A stretch of 64,000 bases of DNA from the NCBI GenBank assembly GCA_964587315.1, contig CAZPLW010000001.1:55374-119373 (forward strand), given 5' to 3'. This DNA is from an uncultured Lysobacter sp. (lineage in GTDB: Bacteria > Pseudomonadota > Gammaproteobacteria > Burkholderiales > Usitatibacteraceae). Of the stretch, positions 62,715 through 64,000 are shown one piece after another. A program made the position numbers and the translations under genes. The notes beneath the pieces are model-generated. The model did no database searches. It was not told where the DNA came from and saw nothing but the letters and a program-made list of their open reading frames with translations. Position 1 is the first letter of the stretch. Each line of letters starts with the position of its first letter.

Positions 62715-63093
62715 ACTCGAGGGCGTTGCCCGACGGGTCCAGGAAGAACATCGTCGCCTGCTCCCCCGGCAGCCCCTTGAAGCGGATGTGCGGCTCGATC
62801 ACGAACGCGATCCCGGCCGCCTTCAGGCGATCGGCCATCGCGTGCCAGTCCGCCATCGGAAGCACGAGCCCGAAGTGACGCACCGGCACGTTGTCGCCGT
62901 CGACGGCGCTGGTGTTGCGGTGACCGGCCTCGGCCGGCGAGAGGTGGGCCACGATCTGGTGGCCGTGGAAGTCGAAGTCGATCCAGTCGGGGCTGGAGCG
63001 CCCCTCGGGGCAGCCCAGGAGCTTGCAGTAGAAGGCACGGGCCTCCTCGAGATCGCGCACGGGGAAGGCGAGGTGGAAGGGGGGCATCGTCAT
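62671..63093 (-). CDS. VOC (glyoxalase/bleomycin resistance/dioxygenase) family protein
   Basis: [55 protein letters not shown]. Confidence 0.8.
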   Translation of the reverse strand: MTMPPFHLAFPVRDLEEARAFYCKLLGCPEGRSSPDWIDFDFHGHQIVAHLSPAEAGHRNTSAVDGDNVPVRHFGLVLPMADWHAMADRLKAAGIAFVIEPHIRFKGLPGEQATMFFLDPSGNALEFKAFEDPSRLFAKQ

Positions 63094-63119
63094 GGCGTCG
63101 TTCCGGTGGTCGAAGGTTG

Positions 63120-64000
63120 TCAGGTGGCCGGCTTGTCCAGCGCCTCGATCGTCGCGCGCTTCCAGGCGAGGAGCGCGAGGCCCGGCAGCGCGACGAGGAA
63201 GGTGAGGAAGAAGAACGTGGTCCACGCGAGCCCGAGCTGCTTCGGGTCCGTGGCGTAGCCCGCGGCCGGGCCCACGTACACGCGGCCGAAGGCGGAGAGC
63301 GCGGAGATGAGCGCGTACTGCGTCGCGGTGAAGCGCCGGTCGCAAAGGGCCATCATCAGCGCCACGAAGGCCGCGGTGCCCATGCCGCCGGTGAGGTTCT
63401 CGAAGCCCACGGCGAAGACCATCATCCCGTAGCTCTTGCCCGCCCACGCGAGCGCCATGAAGCCCAGGTTGGAGACGGCCTGCAGGACGCCGAAGACCAT
63501 GAGCGCGCGGTAAAGGCCCAGCTTCACCATGATCGCGCCGCCGAAGAGCGCGCCCGCGATGGTGGCCGCCAGGCCCATGCCCTTGTTCACGTAGCCCACC
63601 ACGTCCAGCGGAAAGCCCACGCCGCGCAGCAGGAAGGCCGTGGTGAGCGAGCCCGCGAACGCGTCGCCCAGCTTGTAGAGGATGACGAGCGCGAGGAGCA
63701 CCCAGGCGCCCGGCCGGGAGAAGTACTCGCGCAAGGGGAGCAGCACCGCCTCCTCCAGCGTGCGCGGCGGGGGCACCTGCACGTCCGGCTCCCGGCCCGC
63801 GAGCGTGACGAACGCCGCCACGACCATGAGGCATGCCATGACGAGGTAGGTGTTCTTCCAGCCCAACGCCGGGATCAATCCCGATCCCGCCACGAGCACC
63901 AGCGCTGCGGCGCCGGAGGTGAGCATCGCGACGCGGTAGCCGACCACCGTGAGGGCCGCGGCGAGCCCGCGCTGCTCGGGCTTCGCGACGTCCGTGCGGT
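63120..64000 (-). CDS. ampG: AmpG family muropeptide MFS transporter, N-terminus outside the window
   Basis: [80 protein letters not shown]. The frame stays open to the window edge. Confidence 0.85.
   Translation of the reverse strand, partial: RTDVAKPEQRGLAAALTVVGYRVAMLTSGAAALVLVAGSGLIPALGWKNTYLVMACLMVVAAFVTLAGREPDVQVPPPRTLEEAVLLPLREYFSRPGAWVLLALVILYKLGDAFAGSLTTAFLLRGVGFPLDVVGYVNKGMGLAATIAGALFGGAIMVKLGLYRALMVFGVLQAVSNLGFMALAWAGKSYGMMVFAVGFENLTGGMGTAAFVALMMALCDRRFTATQYALISALSAFGRVYVGPAAGYATDPKQLGLAWTTFFFLTFLVALPGLALLAWKRATIEALDKPAT

Noticed and set aside
1-64000. Search for tRNA, rRNA, tmRNA, integrase, transposase or prophage genes
   Set aside because: No intergenic gap contains a cloverleaf-like sequence. 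No ORF shows integrase, transposase or phage hallmark motifs. Nothing of this kind is reported.

Overview
This is 64 kb of very GC-rich, densely coding Gram-negative chromosome. The gene content looks beta-proteobacterium-like: a Bug/TctC binding protein next to a LysR regulator, metX-metW, an EIIA(Man)-HPr-EI regulatory PTS, tamAB, ubiE-ubiJ and phoBR. I support about 62 protein-coding genes. Many are translationally coupled through ATGA, GTGA or TGATG start/stop overlaps. I saw no rRNA, tRNA, CRISPR array, transposase or integrase. All family calls come from motif recognition by eye, with no searches run.

Observations most worth a second look:
1. A duplicated envelope module, DUF3300 + DUF2950 + a small glycine-rich or SYLF-like protein + an outer-membrane beta-barrel, occurs at 35.9-39.3 kb and 52.3-56.4 kb. 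A tract of about 150 bp is 100% identical between the two DUF3300 paralogs.
2. A 115-152 bp composite nested-palindrome element occurs five times, only in the first 25 kb, and always abuts a stop codon. One copy splits phoB from phoR. One contains a stop codon, and one supplies the 5' end of a gene.
3. Thirteen consecutive minus-strand genes (28.4-40.0 kb) all encode exported or membrane proteins, mostly of unknown function. The array includes a DUF3604 gene broken by a single in-frame TAA.
4. The metX leader has a near-consensus promoter, a pseudoknot-capable segment and an intrinsic terminator, so it is a riboswitch candidate.
5. A 223 bp long imperfect palindrome lies between arsR and lysR.
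6. PPK2 carries a histone-H1-like Lys/Ala/Pro N-terminal tail.
7. A DUF3302-HlyD-OMF operon has no inner-membrane pump gene.
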